The notes: generated by a model not told the origin, from the sequence alone. 64,000 nt of DNA from Chrysomallon squamiferum (GCA_012295275.1 CM022670.1:14508001-14572000), one strand, 5' to 3'. Counted from the stretch's first letter, positions 1-24,595 are shown. Program-made: numbers and translations.

Positions 1-118
1 TTTATTTTGTGATTGTGTGTTCCGTTTAAAAGCTTTTGTTATCAAAATTTTAACTGAAATTGAATGCATCAAAATTACAAATTACAGTTTTAAGTTAACA
101 TAACAGACATATACACAC

Positions 119-9480
<9,362 letters not shown>

Positions 9481-9664
9481 GAACACTATTTTATCCAGCT
9501 AGACCATAGTGTTCTCAACCTGGGGGTCGCGAGATCGTTCCTGAGCTAGTGTATGCATAGACCAAACCTTTTTCTTTCTTTCTTTTTTTTTTTTTTTAAC
9601 CTGAGGCAAAAATAATGTTATAGAAACAGATATGTATAACTGCAATAGAAACTGTAAATATCGT

Positions 9665-9765
9665 TACTGTGTTTGAACAAATACACCATGTGATGTACAG
9701 AATGGAAATGTGATACTGAGGGATGTCAGGCAGGATGAAAGTGAACTAACTGAATGTTCTGAAGG
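9665..9765 (+). pseudogene. Decayed EGF-like exon of a plus-strand paralog
   Basis: Reads ..TNTPCDVQNG..GCQAG*K.. with frameshifts and ends in GAAG|GT; similar to exons 61301-61453 and 61932-62084. Confidence 0.6.
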
Positions 9766-10552
9766 TGCACGTCTTTTAACAAATTTGTATTTGACATTTG
9801 TAAATATTAGTTTTCTAATACATTTCATCACCGCTACCACCACCATTATCATCATTGTTATCATCATCATCGCTCTAATCATTGTGATAGTAACTATCTT
9901 ATTGTTAGTGTAAATCAAGAAAGTATCTACCGAGACAAAGTCTATTATAATCACCATCACCGTTAAGAAATATGACCAAAGATGTTTAGAAATGGTTTTT
10001 GAAAACGTTAACGATAGTTCGGTATCTGAAAGGCACAATCAGATGAAAAATGTTTGACAGCACGAACCTCATTCTGACTCGAACATGATATCTGAATGTT
10101 TGACTCAATATAATTTAATCTATTTAGTCTATGATTGATCGGCTGGAGTCGGTTCGTGAACATTTTAAAACAAATACAAATGATTAAAAACCCGAACATT
10201 AAAATTTAATTTCAGGTTGTGATTTAGTGCATATTTGACTGCTTAATAGCCAGGATGAACGAATATTAATGACAACATATTATTTACTTTCTTGTTGACT
10301 ATAATACATTAGTATTACTTTTCCTGCGTGTCGACCTATGTCTGTTGACAGAGCTAAGCTATTAATATATTGTTTCGGCTACATAATCATCGCTTTTAAA
10401 TTAGTACCGTGTCCTAATAATTCACAATATTTTAAGGCCTTCGTATTGTTCCTTTTTAACTGGAGTCGCATACTTAGTAGGCCTATATCTGCTGATGTTA
10501 CTACTGCAACTACTAGTAAATACTACCACAACTACTACTACTACTACTACTA

Positions 10553-10601
<49 letters not shown>

Positions 10602-11092
10602 ATAATAATAATAATAATAATAATAATGGCTCTCAGATATTGTTAATGTGTATCCTCTTGTTGTTTATTATTAATGACAATGTACTATTTACTTTTTTCT
10701 TGAGTCAACTGTTCAACGTCTTGTACAGAAAGAAGCTGTGACGAACATTCAGACTGTAATACAATCCGAATATTAGATTTTAATTTCAAGGTTGAGACTA
10801 CTACATGTTTGACTGCTTTATAACCAACATAAAAAAAATATAAAAAAATGATGTACTAAGATTCGTGATTACACACATCTTCAATAGGCAAAGTATAAAT
10901 GTATGTAAAGAATAAATGTCAATAACAATAAGTCAAGAGTCAGATAACTGCTTTATTTTTTATTATAATCAAGCAGATTTTAAAGCTCAGACATAGACAC
11001 GTATATGGACATTTAATCTGAATATACGTTAAATACAATGTTAATAAAGCGAATATTTAATTACAATAGTTTTTCTTTGTTCTTTCATGCTT

Positions 11093-11236
11093 AATCTGAT
11101 AACAGATATGGAGAAGACTGCAGTTTACACTGTGATGTCAGACACTGAAAAGATGATAACTCTCCCTGTGATTCTCACACTGGAGAATGTGTTGGGGGAT
11201 GTAAACCTCGATGGATTCACATTACTTGTACTCAGC
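11093..11236 (+). pseudogene. Dead EGF-like exon equivalent to 63351-63494
   Basis: SDNRYGEDCSLHCDVRH*KDDNSPCDSHTGECVGGCKPRWIHITCTQ; TGA at 11146-11148 replaces Cys, acceptor AG lost, donor GTAAGA kept. Flanking introns align with ~63200-63960. Confidence 0.85.
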
Positions 11237-11758
11237 GTAAGAATGGTTCTGGTTGTCTTCTTCTTTGTCACAAAACACATTTACAAACGGCACTGAAATG
11301 CATCTGTAATGACACGAACGAATTATTTAAGTCGATTTGTCTAATTTGAAATTTTATTTAAAAATAAACTTACAAACATACATTTAAACAATCATTCATT
11401 GATTATTTTAATTAACTGAAAAGGTAGGGATGAAAAAAAATGCTGTATTTAAAGACAAAATTTTAATTTTGCATTCGTAAGTCTGTGTGATTAGTGTAAT
11501 GCTGCCCTATAATAACAAAAGTTATTACAAACTTATTTACCTCAGCTCTACACTTTGAATAACATATCAGAAATGCTGAAGTCATCTTCTGCCATCATTA
11601 GCATAACTAACTTTGACCATAAAGATCGTCATCATCATCATCATCACCATCGTCATCATTATCATCATCTTCTTCTTATTATCATAGTCATGTGATAGAG
11701 ACTGGTATGCATAAAATCATATTATTATTTTGCGATTTAATTAATTAATTAATTTATT

Positions 11759-11824
<66 letters not shown>

Positions 11825-12401
11825 TTTAGTTGCATCAGAAAAAAAACCCCAGTAACAACAAAACCGCCTTATCTGTATTTATGACAATATTATTGTTGTT
11901 ATTATATAGTAAGTCTGAATTAAAGTACAACTCGATTCTGTCTGGTAATTGTAATAAGAAAACATTGCTCGATGATTGAACAGTTTTATAGAATTAGTTA
12001 TTTGCACTCTATTGTAATAAAATGTAAATAATTTAAAATGCAAAAATATGAAATGCATTCATCCGCACATGAACCTTTCTACTGATATATGTTTGGAAGT
12101 CCCTGTGTTATTAATATGTTTATAAAAAATATTACAAAGGGATAAACAAAAGTAATACACTCAGATACACAACAGCTTACAATAGACAGCTGGATTTCGG
12201 TTACTTACTAAAATATATCTCAAATTTCTTATTTTACATATTTAATTACTTGCTCCGCTATATCTAACATTTCACATTATGACAGTATCTGTATACAGCC
12301 ACAACACGACTGTTTTAGTGAATCTACCTCGAAATGGTGAACGAAATAAACTTACATTTTTGTATTTCCATTATGTATTACACCCACACCCACCCACCCA
12401 C

Positions 12402-12450
<49 letters not shown>

Positions 12451-13454
12451 CCACAAACACACACGCCTATATTGGCAAATATATATATATACACACATAT
12501 GTACATCCATAGATATTCATATCTAAATACATATCTCGATACGTACCTACATATACATACATATAAGCATACATATACACATACATACATACATACATAG
12601 TTACATACATACATCTAAACATTTCTGAAGACGATGATGATGATGATAAAATAATATTAATAACAGTAAATGAATGAATAAATGTATGAATAATATTGTG
12701 TGCGTCGTTGTGTGATTTGCAAGTAGATATGTTGATATTGTACAGATAAACATGCATTTTACCCTGCGCCTGACACTTAATCAAGAACAGTATATCAGTT
12801 CAGAAGCAGAAAACGAATTATGGCCAGTTAATTATTTGTGTGAGATGTACAAGAAACAAAACAGAAATAGTAGTCACTACATTTAATTTGTCTATAGATG
12901 TATGTTATATAGACGATTTATGTTCTTATTATGGAAAGCAGCTCGAAATATAACAATTGACAAAAATATGCTTATCAGCCAGATCGATATAAACTGTTGG
13001 TTTTCATCACGATTTATCTTCATATGTGACATTTTATTTGTTCAGCTGAATTAGCTTTTACAAATATTCCAGTTTCAAGGATTAGTTATGATATACTATA
13101 TATATATATATAAAATATTCAGTTTTATTATAAAAAGTAGTTATCAGATATAGATTAAATTTAATAAATATAAATAAAGAAGAAGAAATAAATATGAGCT
13201 AATTACAGGCATGATTTTTGGAATTAGCAGCTAAAGTAAGAATCTTAGAGAACACAAACTATTTACCATTTCCGTAATTACGTTGCCAGATCAAATCCAC
13301 TGGATTTGACTGTCTTGATGACATTTCACGACGTCTGGAAAAAAACAGAAAAAGGTATAATTTGTACAACTTTTATGCCAGTAATTAAGAAGACGTTCCA
13401 ACATAGCAAATTGTTTTATCATATATTGAATGTTAGTATAAATATTAATCTGCA

Positions 13455-13579
<125 letters not shown>

Positions 13580-14839
13580 TCAATGAATACATTTAAAACG
13601 TACTGAATTAACAGAAGTTACCTCTTAATGACAAACAGAAGTATGGCCACAACTACAACGATCGCAACAACGCCTAAAGTATATCCACTAATTGTAACTG
13701 CTTGGTCCTGACCTGCGACAATCCCTTGAAGAAAACAACATTTAAAATATTTAGAAAATAGAACTGAAATTGTATACATTAACGTCCTAAATAGAGTAGC
13801 AAAGTCACATATGTTTGAATATCTGTTTGAATATTTGCTAATGAGCGAACAATAATACATATGTCATTATGGATTATACGTCTGTATGAAGGTATATATG
13901 CATGAAGTATCTATGTACGTAATTTTAAGTACCTGGTAGTTTGTATCAACTATGACATTTATATAAGTAAGCTAAGCCTAAATATTAATTCTTAGTCGTG
14001 TGGTATAAACATCTGAAAACGATAGTATATAAAATAATCAAAAGCTAATGTTATTTACTTTCCATACACAGGTCTCCAACAAAGCCATCGATGCAACCAC
14101 TAATGCACGTCCCAGAAATATGGTTGCATGTTTTGTTTTCACAGTTGTCACAGGATAAATTACAGTTCAAACCATGTGTTCCAGAACCACATTCTAAGAA
14201 ATAATTATGTAGACATTATCATTATGAAATATTTAGAGATTTCCATAATTGGATAATGAAAATACATTTTTCAGTTCTGTTATATATAATCAAGAATATA
14301 TTTTCAACAACAACACACTATTGATTAATGCATGTGTATTGACTAGTTATCTTGACACATATAGTCATACATTCATGCACACATTCATATCATCACTAGA
14401 AGTATATAGATGCTTATATACATTCAAACATACACACATACATACATATAAACATTCATTCATACCTAAAAATATATATATATTAATATCTATCTCTATC
14501 TATCTATCTGTCTGTCTGTCTATCTGTCTGTCTGTCTGTCTGCGTGTCTTTCTGTCCCTGTCTGTCTGTCTGTCTGTCTATACACACACATATACACAAA
14601 CATTTAAGATGACCATGCACAATGTGGAATTGCTGCTCAGAATAATTGTTTTTCCCGAAACAAAGAAAATGCAAGTAAAATTAAATATGGAGAATTAAGA
14701 ATTATTTTCACTGTGGATAAATGTACTTAAATGAAGACACTAAAATAAATAACACTAGTGGACGAAAAGAGAAAGAAAGACAGACGAAAGGAAAAGAAAG
14801 GTAATAAGCAGGAAAAAAGTAAATAAATAAAAGAAGAAA

Positions 14840-15144
14840 CGGTAATACAATTAATGAAGATATACCAATAAAGAAAATAAAAACAATACCCACTTGTTTT
14901 GCACAAAGGACCTAGATATCCAGCGTTACAACCATCTTTGCAGTGTCCAGTAACAAAGTCACATGTTCCATTTGTACAGTGGCCACAGGTGAAATTACAC
15001 TTGGATCCATAGCTTCCAAAGCCACATTCTGAAAACCATGCAAGAAACCTTTTTCCTATGTAATGTGTTTATGTATCAGACAATTGTTTCTTTTGTAGGC
15101 AAAACGTTTTCTTTCAAAATAGGAGGATTATTTATGAGCCATGC

Positions 15145-15180
<36 letters not shown>

Positions 15181-15700
15181 ACAAACAGAAACAAACACAA
15201 ACGTACACACGCATACCACGCGCGTAGACAGTGACAACGGAAGTAAAATGAAAATAAAGCGATTCTTAAATACTTCAAAGGGAACAATGGTTAAACAAAG
15301 TGAAAAGACAAAGAAAAAAAACGATAATCATAATAACAAGAAACTCTAAAATAATAAATAATTCAAGAAACAAAGAAAAAGAAATAAAATAGAGGATTAT
15401 GTTAAGAAAGAAGTATAAATAAGTAAAATTAATGAAATAAATATAGGCATTTCAAAAAGTATTTACAGTAAACAATGAACATGCAAAATAACGATGAAAA
15501 TAATAATAAACTAATGAAGATATACCAATAAAGAAAATATAGACAATACACACTTTCTTTGCACAAAGGACCTAGATATCCAGCGTTACAACCATCTTTG
15601 CAGTGTCCAGTAACAAAGTCACATGCTCCATTTGTACAGTGGCCACATATGAAATTACAGTTGGATCCATAGCTTCCAGAGCCACATTCTGAAAATAATA
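14840..15700. repeat. Recent tandem duplication of an EGF exon unit (660 bp offset)
   Basis: Exons 15688-15554 and 15028-14894 and their downstream intron starts are nearly identical (ECGSGSYGSNCNFICGHC vs ECGFGSYGSKCNFTCGHC). Confidence 0.9.
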
Positions 15701-16367
15701 AAAGAAACCCGTTTCTTTCGAGGAGAAATGTTTTCTTTCAAAATCAGACGATCATACATACACAGATATACACATAAACACACACACACACACACACACA
15801 CACATATTTTGATATAAATATTAAAATACACACGATTTTAAGTGAAAATTAAGGAACAAGGTGTTCACAGACTGAAGATCAGTCTTTATGTGACGTTAAT
15901 ATTAATTCGAACCTTAACAACTTAAACATACACTGAATATTTAATTATATCTTCGATAAAATAAAAAATGAAAAGATATTTTCCTTCGTGCTTGATTATA
16001 AGAAATGTGTTTTTGTATCATAATAACAAAAACGTTTCAAAACCTATTTTCAAACACAACTGGGGCTTTACATAATTAATTAATTTTTTACTATTACTGT
16101 TATTTAATTGTAAGACCGATCATTTTAGAAGATGCTATTAAAATGTATTATTTCTTCACGTATTTAATTTTTCTTTGCAGTAGTTCCAACAACGGCAATT
16201 TTACCTTGTGTGCAGTCTGGTCCAGTCCATCCTGCCGTACATCCTGCAGTGTCACACTTTCCTGTCTGTACGTCACAAGATGAGTGAGTGTTAACACAGT
16301 GACGTTTTTCACACAACTTGTCACAGTTAGAACCATACTTAACGTTCAGTTCACACGATCCTAATCC

Positions 16368-16400
<33 letters not shown>

Positions 16401-18421
16401 GTTGTTGTTGTCACTGTGATTATTGTTGTTGTTGTTGTTATTATTATTATTATTATTGTTATTACATCTGTTCATATCGTTAGTAACAATTATTTATAGG
16501 AGACAGCATCGTGTTAGAAATACTTGTTACAAAGGGAAAAAAAATGATCGCAGAATATCAGATATTTTCTAAAATGAAATTAGTCTCTGTACTGAGCAAC
16601 TTTATATGTTGTTTCTATATTTATAATTATCATGTATATTAATGGTTATTCCCTCGTATCTGGTAATGCGAACTGTTTATTTTATAATAAAATGGTATTC
16701 CTTTGATTGATTGTTTTGTCTATTATTACTATACTGTTATTAAATAAGAATTAAACGACTAAAATTTAATGAAATATGATTGAAGTATATTACATTTTTC
16801 AAGCATTGAACTTATTTTTTCAGTATGAAAACGGAGTCTGTTTACTTTGTGTACAGTCTGATCCGGTCCATCCTGCCGTACATCCTGCAGTGTCACACTT
16901 TCCTGTCTGTACGACACAAGATGAGTTTGTGTTACCACAGTGACGATTTTTACACAACTTGTCACAGTTAGACCCATACTTGACGTTCACCTCACACGCT
17001 AATATAATATAATATAATGTAATGTAATATCATATAACGTTACAGGTAATACATTTCAATGCAATGCAATAAAAAATATTATAATATATCGCAATGATAT
17101 ATTTCACATAACTTGTCATAACTCGACATGTAATATATATAAATAAAAATAATCACATTGAGCTATTCGCTGAAATAATTTCAGTAAATGAAATGCAACA
17201 AAAGCGAGAAAATAAAATACAAATAAATAATATTTTGACAATCATTTAGAGATCATAAGCCACATTTAGCACGGAATAGAATGTTTAAAACTGTACAGTG
17301 ATTATACTATGCTAGACAGATATTTTCAAGTAGAATTTGAAAACAATCTGTGTTAGAAGTAAACATTTGAAATATGTTTTGTTTAAATACGTTTTTAAAT
17401 CAAAATCAACGCGAATCATTTTAGCTCACCGTAGACTTCAACTTCTACAAATTGCAACATCGCACCATTTAAAAGACCAGTATTATTTCTGTGATAGACA
17501 GTCACGTATCTGGCATTAACATTACACGTGAAATTCACGACATCAGGAATTTCAGATGCATTTTCTGAACCAGTAACAGTACCACACAGATGTCCTGTGT
17601 CCGATGTATTTGCTGCTGTATTTGTGTAGATCTGTACTCCACGCCTTGATTTCTTAACTTTAATAAATAAAAGTATCCTTGTATATAAAGTTAATAATCT
17701 GAAATAAAGCTGCAATGTTCTAATATATAAATAAATATATAAATAAATAAATAAACTTTTATCTAAAGAGAACAGTAAAATTGAAATGAAATAACTGTGT
17801 AGAAAATATTTCATTAGTCCGGTTTAATGTAAGAAAATAATAACTATAATTGTATGTTTCTTGCACTTCGCGAATCTAATTTCCCCTTGATAAGATGACA
17901 GTTGTTAATACCTTGTAAGTCGGTGTGATGACATTTTTGAGGGTTTTGTGTGGACTGTTTATAGTAGTCGGTTCCATATCCAACATATTTTTATTTATTC
18001 GAATAAAGCATGCCATTTCGAATACTTTTATTTATATTTTTGTCTGTTTTATTTTTTTCAAGATCTATTTTTGAAGGATAGCGTTTCCAAACAGAATTTT
18101 TTGAAATGGTCACTTTTCTCTGCTTTTAAACCAGTTTGGGTTTCGGGATAAAATTCAGACCTCGGTCCAACAGTAACGTTTTCGCTGCTGCTAGCAAATG
18201 ACTATTGTTTCCACATGTATTTACAATGTTTGTACCTAATCTCTTAATAGTATTCTTTACCTGATGTTAGTTCACCTGTATTCATAACCTCTATTCATAT
18301 ATTCTTTTGATCCTGAATTACCTGAATCTCTTTTTTTCAAGGATTGCTAGTGTAATGTTTATGTATCTCAACGTTCTAACGGCCAAATTAATTTGCTTTA
18401 GACATGATTTATTTATTTATT

Positions 18422-18452
<31 letters not shown>

Positions 18453-20093
18453 GACATAGCCGAAAGTTTATTTTGAAAAACCAAAATTGTTTCTACAAAA
18501 AACTATTTTCTTTTGCGACGTTTTTGCGATGGAGCTACTATGTGTCGTAACTGATCTGTTTTCTGCATCTGAATTTTTATTTTTTATAATTTATGACCGT
18601 TGATCTAAAATTATTAAAAACAGGACCTGGATATCATTATGACATTTACCTAAATTAATCTGTGACAGATTTGAGAAGCCAAAAATTAAGTTTCTTGTAG
18701 TGATTACAGACAGCCGCCACTGTACTGTATTAGACTCCGGCTTTCGATTTTCATGAAGTTGTCACAGCCGGAGATTTTAAAACGTCGGCAACGTATTTTG
18801 TTGGTAGGTTTGTTTTAACACTATGAAGGGTGCATGGGATTAAAGTTAAGATAGGTTTATTAAAAAGAAGGTGCGGTCCCATTAGGACGTGTATATGGTG
18901 TACTTAGTTGTCAATGGTGATATTGGACTATGTCTTGGTCTGTTTGCATGGGTTGTAACCGCCGGAAATGTTCACATTATCTTTCGATACGTTGGTGTCT
19001 AACTCAGAAACGAAATTAAAAAAAAAAACATGCGCTAGTTTAGCTGCACAATTTAAAATTTTTCTTCGCCACTTTACAGCATTATCTTTAACTTGATCAG
19101 AGCCTCGGGATATGGTTTCTTCTTCTTTTTTTTTTTTTTTTTTTTTGTTGTTGTTGTTGTTGTTGTTATTGGTTATTTTGGATTTAAGATTTTTTTGAGC
19201 AGTTTACTTTAATTATTAAATTTATTGACTGACTTGCCCAATTATTGCTGAAGTGTACTATATTGAATATCAAGTGAGTTGTTTTTAGAGCTGGCTTTAA
19301 GAGCGAGTTTAATTCGTCGAGTTTCTTTGGAGAGCTTTAGAGAGAGTAGAACTGGCAAGATTCTCCTCAAGGAGGTTAATGTGATGCACGCATTGGTTAA
19401 TGCCATACATATGTGTGTATACAGACGAATACATTATGTGCGTATGGTTATGTATAAATGTATGAATGTGCCTGTGTATGTAGGAATTTTACGTCTGATT
19501 GGACTCTGCAGAGAGCAGAACAGGTGAATATAGTGATGTATTTTAAATATAAATAAGTAAAAATATATGTATGTGCATAAAGTTAAATTTAATAATAATC
19601 ATAATAATAATAATAATAATAATAATAAGAAGAAGAAGAAGAAGAAGAAGAAAGAAGAAGAATTTTTATAACCATAAAATAAATAAATAACACAATAAAT
19701 AAATAATTTCGGACCGCTTATGAAGTGATAGCAGGAATATATTTACTTACTCTTCTGTCTGAAATATATTTTCACTTCTTGAACAAAGTAGAGTTTTCCA
19801 AGATCCACTTCCCACCACGTGTAAGGTTGATGTTTGGCTGTGTGTATATAGTTGTCATCATGCTGTTTAGTTTCTCCGTCCACAGCTAGTGAAGCATTGC
19901 GTTGTGAGAAGTAGTTAGTCTGAGTAGTAAGAACTCTGGTAGGCTTTCTTATGTAGAGCTACATTTTCTGTAAATAGAAGTAGAAAATAAATTTAAAAAA
20001 TAGTTACATTTAACTACAGGAAATATTCAGAGTAACACATCCATTCGTTCCTCAGGATACTGAATTTATAATAGAAAAACAACAAATATAAAA

Positions 20094-20129
<36 letters not shown>

Positions 20130-21046
20130 TTTAAATGTATTATGCACCAATACAAACGAAAACGTTTAGCTATGATACAAGTGATAGCTGAGAGTAATTG
20201 ATAATCTGCCATAATCTATAGACCTCTATAACAAGAAATAAAAAAAAATAATAATAATAAAAAAGCTTAAGATAAAACGAAATAAAAAGAATATGCGGTG
20301 TATTAACATTTTCAATTAGCAACAACGGTCGTTTATTTGGTGTTTACTTCACAGAATAAAGTATCGAAAGCAGGTTAGGAAAACAAATATCTTAACGGAC
20401 GCGTTAATCAGTACCTATCATGTTGCTGTCTACTAAGTTACTGATGTTGCTATATAAAGAGGTCTGCATTATTATTGTAAAGTGAAGATATATGCAGAGA
20501 ATTATAGAGTTATTACGTAAATACAATTCCACACCAATGTAGCTGTTTGTACGTCAATCAATAGTATTAAAACATTAGATTACATCAATGTTGTATGTTG
20601 AGTTAGATGTTATAAACAAGAAAGTTTAGCTATTTTCATCCTTCCAGCGCATTTGTGATTTACAAACGTATTGCCATATCAGAATACAGGAAATACAACT
20701 CTCCATGTAATATTACTTGCATCATACAGAGTATATGCAGAATAACAGTAACGTTTAAATTTATCACAATAGACATATATGTTATTCCGTGATGCAGGCA
20801 ATTCAAATATTTAAAAAATAAATAAATACATAAAAAATAATTAGTATAAATAATATAGTTTACAATAGACATGAAAATAACAATCCAAAAAAATATATAA
20901 ACTTATTTTTAAATGGTAAAAATTTAAGAAATAGGATAAATACTGAGTTAAGAATATATTTGCTTTAAGATATATTTATTTATATGTTGGTGTGTTTGTT
21001 TATTTGTTTGATTATTTATATATTTATTTAATTATTATTATTATTA

Positions 21047-21118
<72 letters not shown>

Positions 21119-21788
21119 TGTTGTTTTTGCTGTATTACCTTATTTTATTTTATTTTTTATTTTATATATCTCGTTAAAGAAAGTTGGCTATTATCGTTCT
21201 TCTGTTATAATATTTTAGGCTTTCAAAATGTCAGCCGCGAATAACGACAGTCACTGCTATAAAATAAATTTAACTCATAAGACAACTCAGAAATAAAAAT
21301 TATAAATATAAAAAGAAAGAAAACAGAAAAAAGACGTCTAAAGATCAAAATAATACTAGCCCATACCACCCAAATCACCACCGCCATTAAACAAATGATT
21401 AAATAATATAATATAATATAATATAATATAATATAATATAATATAATATAATATAATGTAATGTAATGTAATGTAATGTAATGTAATATAATATAATATA
21501 ATATAATATAATATAATATGAAACACAATATAGGAAACAAACAAAAAGCTAACAAAAAAAACAAACAAAAAAAACAAAAAATAAAAAAATAAAAAAAAAA
21601 TAAAACAAAATAAAAATAAAAATAAAAAATAAAAATAAAAATAAACAAATAAATAAGTTAATTAATATATAAATAGATACCATTAAAACTACACTATAAC
21701 GATTTGAACAACATTAACCGTGACCATGACAAAAATATGAAAAGCGTGAAAGAAAGAAATCATAATACTGACTACAGTCGAAATGCTT

Positions 21789-21839
<51 letters not shown>

Positions 21840-21841
21840 TA

Positions 21842-22493
21842 CAGCGATGTCTTGACTTTCGAGTTTAATTCGTTCCATTATTGAGCTCGTAATTCAGTTT
21901 GCTCGTATATCAAATCAATTTCCCAACTGAAATTAATTGAAATACCATTAATCCGTTCCAGCCCTCCAAAAGCACCCCATTTTTTAAATAAGAAGAGTAT
22001 ATTTATAAATGATAAGTACTGAATAAAAACAAATAAAAGAGAATGTAAAGAAATAAATTGGTTTTGTAAAGTGTATTTATCGTGGAGATCAAACAAATTA
22101 TTGTAACGCCCTTAGTTGAAGTTACAGCCTTTATCGCCTCCTTCTGCTTCAGTATGGTTTTAATCATTCGCTTCTTCTTCTCAGCATTGTCCTTTGCACT
22201 CACTTTCTAACGATCCATGGTTAGAAATAAGAAATTTGGCAAAATACTGCACAAAAGGCGAACACAACACAACAGAGATGTTTCCGCGGCGAGATAACCA
22301 TGTGAAGTAAACGAATGAGACGCGAGATGCTGGCCGGATGTTGTGTTGTTTGTTGCTCCAACTAGCGGCGGCGTATCTGAAACTCGCTTGTAACTCGGAT
22401 TTTGGCTCGCAACATAAAGCTAAAATCGACAAAGCGACTGCTCGTAATTCGAAAAATCGCAAGTTAGGGCATTCGCAAGCCAAGGTACCACTG
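21842..22493. mobile_element. Non-autonomous Tigger/pogo-like DNA transposon, ~650 bp, TA target site
   Basis: TA|CAGCGATGTCTTGACTTTCGAG at the left and TTCGCAAGCCAAGGTACCACTG|TA at the right form imperfect TIRs; GC is elevated; not seen in the equivalent intron of copy 3. Confidence 0.75.
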
Positions 22494-23919
22494 TATATCT
22501 GTGTATGTATGTATGCGTGTGTATGAGTGTGTGAATTCTTTTTTTAAATTTGTTTTGACTTGATAACTTATTTCGTCAGTATTGTGAGATCATTTAAATA
22601 ATAAATACATGTATACAGTGTGAAAATCAGTCTTTGAACTAATCCGGATTTCTCTGTAAAGCGACACCATTTCAAAGTTCCGTTCAGCTCTCGTTAATCC
22701 ATTATGAACAAAAGCCTGAGTAATCGGGATGTACATTTTAATTTTGTTATTAGTTATCTATAAAGCAGTCTCCTCTGATATGTAATCCTATGGTTTATGA
22801 GAATAAAGTCATTGTCATTGTCTACGTAGCTTTTCTCGTGTATTTTCTCGAACAAAGTTGCATAGAAACGTATAGTTTTGTAAGTATGATCACTTCTGTA
22901 AACAAAAGCGTCTCGTTTTGAATACTCAATAAATAATGTTGCCACACGCCTTATAATTGGTATATGCAAAACAATGAAGACGATTAGTATTAGTGTATAT
23001 TGATACCTAAGTGAATTCACTCATTTAGATTTAGTGTCAAACGCAGAAATCTGCATAAATACATAAGGCGAACAATTTATATTGTTTTATTCAGTTCTCC
23101 CTCTAGACACATTAGGGCAAAGTGAGGTTTTGTTGAAAAGAAATGAGACAACACAAGAAAATCCACCCATTATCACAAACACAAAATTAAATATCAACAT
23201 GTATTCATCGATGTTCTAATAAAACAGGGCCTTTAACGAAATATTGCATACAGACTTATGCCATAAAATTATTTAACAACACTTTCATTACTGGCAGCCT
23301 CCTTTCTCGAGTCTCGGACATCTACATTGGTCTGTTAATTATAACTTTTACTGTACACGTAATTGTGTTCAGTCAGATATCATGCCCATTTCAATTTTTT
23401 AAATTTGTATACAACTTTAAATGAACTGTGTTTATTGTCAACCTCTATTAACAGCAGTAAGACAATATATTTTAGCAGCTATTTATAGAGTTTGATACTT
23501 TCTTTAGAGAACTTTAGACAGAGTAGAATTGGTACAAAACCAACATTTCGGCAGAGAGTAACGGCCGACAAATTCAAAATCTGAATGGACTGATGATAGA
23601 CATACACAACGACCGAATGAGCGAACTTTCGTACACTAACGTTCTTAAAATGACAAAAATATGTTTTTCTGCTACTACGGAAAGCAAACTTTTGCAACCG
23701 GTGTTAAACGTGGAGTTCAAGACTGAGGAAATTGCTTTGGAGAAATGTAACCAAAACAAGAAAAAAAGAACAACAAAAAAAACCCCCAACAAACACACAC
23801 ATCAGTGATACACTGTTTCTCATCTAACACTTAACTGGGGTTTAATTGTAACATCTGTCATAAAAATATTCAAATTTCATCTCATTTTAATCTTTATAAA
23901 CAGGGACGCTGTCTAAAAG

Positions 23920-24510
23920 ATATGTTCTCAAAACTGGCAGTCTCCAAATTAGGTAAGCGGTGAGGTGTTCTAATCCGCTTCCAGAAATGGGAAAACTGGC
24001 GTGAGCAATTAAGGCCAATTTAGACGCATGGGGATAACGAAATGAGTGTAAACAGAGGGGGCGGTTAAGGAGATTAGTGAAGAGCAGAGGTGAGCCGGAT
24101 TAGAGACTGCAAGAAAATTAATTCTTGGACACATGAAATTAATGTTTTATCTCAGTAAAATCTGGAGACAGGAAATACTACCAATTTAGACGTGTGAGTT
24201 TAACGAGAACAATCAAGAGATGTATGAAGAGGGTAGCCAGAGTAGAGGTTGCAAGGAAATTAATGTTATAACGTAAAATTTGGAGACAGGAAATACTACC
24301 TACATAAATACTGTACAGTCATGATGTGTGTTATGTTTGATCGTAATTAATTGCCTTTGTTATTGCTTTGATCACCGATAAATAGTCAACCGTCAATGGT
24401 ACGATTAATCGTCCATGGTACCAGGAACATCAGCTAAGATGATGGGCCATCAATTAAGGTGACGGAACACCAATTAGTAAGGGTGAGCAATAAACAGCCA
24501 GAAATGGAAC
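23920..24510. mobile_element. Copy-2-specific insertion nested in the right end of the intron-1 element; family uncertain (possible LINE remnant)
   Basis: Sequence contiguous at ~6680-6750 (GGGACGCTGTCTAAAA...CCCAAGTGAATC) is split here by ~590 bp of more GC-rich DNA containing a repeat of TGGAGACAGGAAATACTACC. Confidence 0.5.
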
Positions 24511-24562
24511 AATTGGTCCCAAGTGAATCTGATTTTGCCAGAGTCGACTGTTTTGTACCCAG

Positions 24563-24595
<33 letters not shown>

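Noticed and set aside
20992-21648. Hydrophobic poly-I/L/Y ORFs resembling membrane proteins
   Set aside because: Derived from (ATT)n and (AATAT)n tracts in intron 1 of copy 2.
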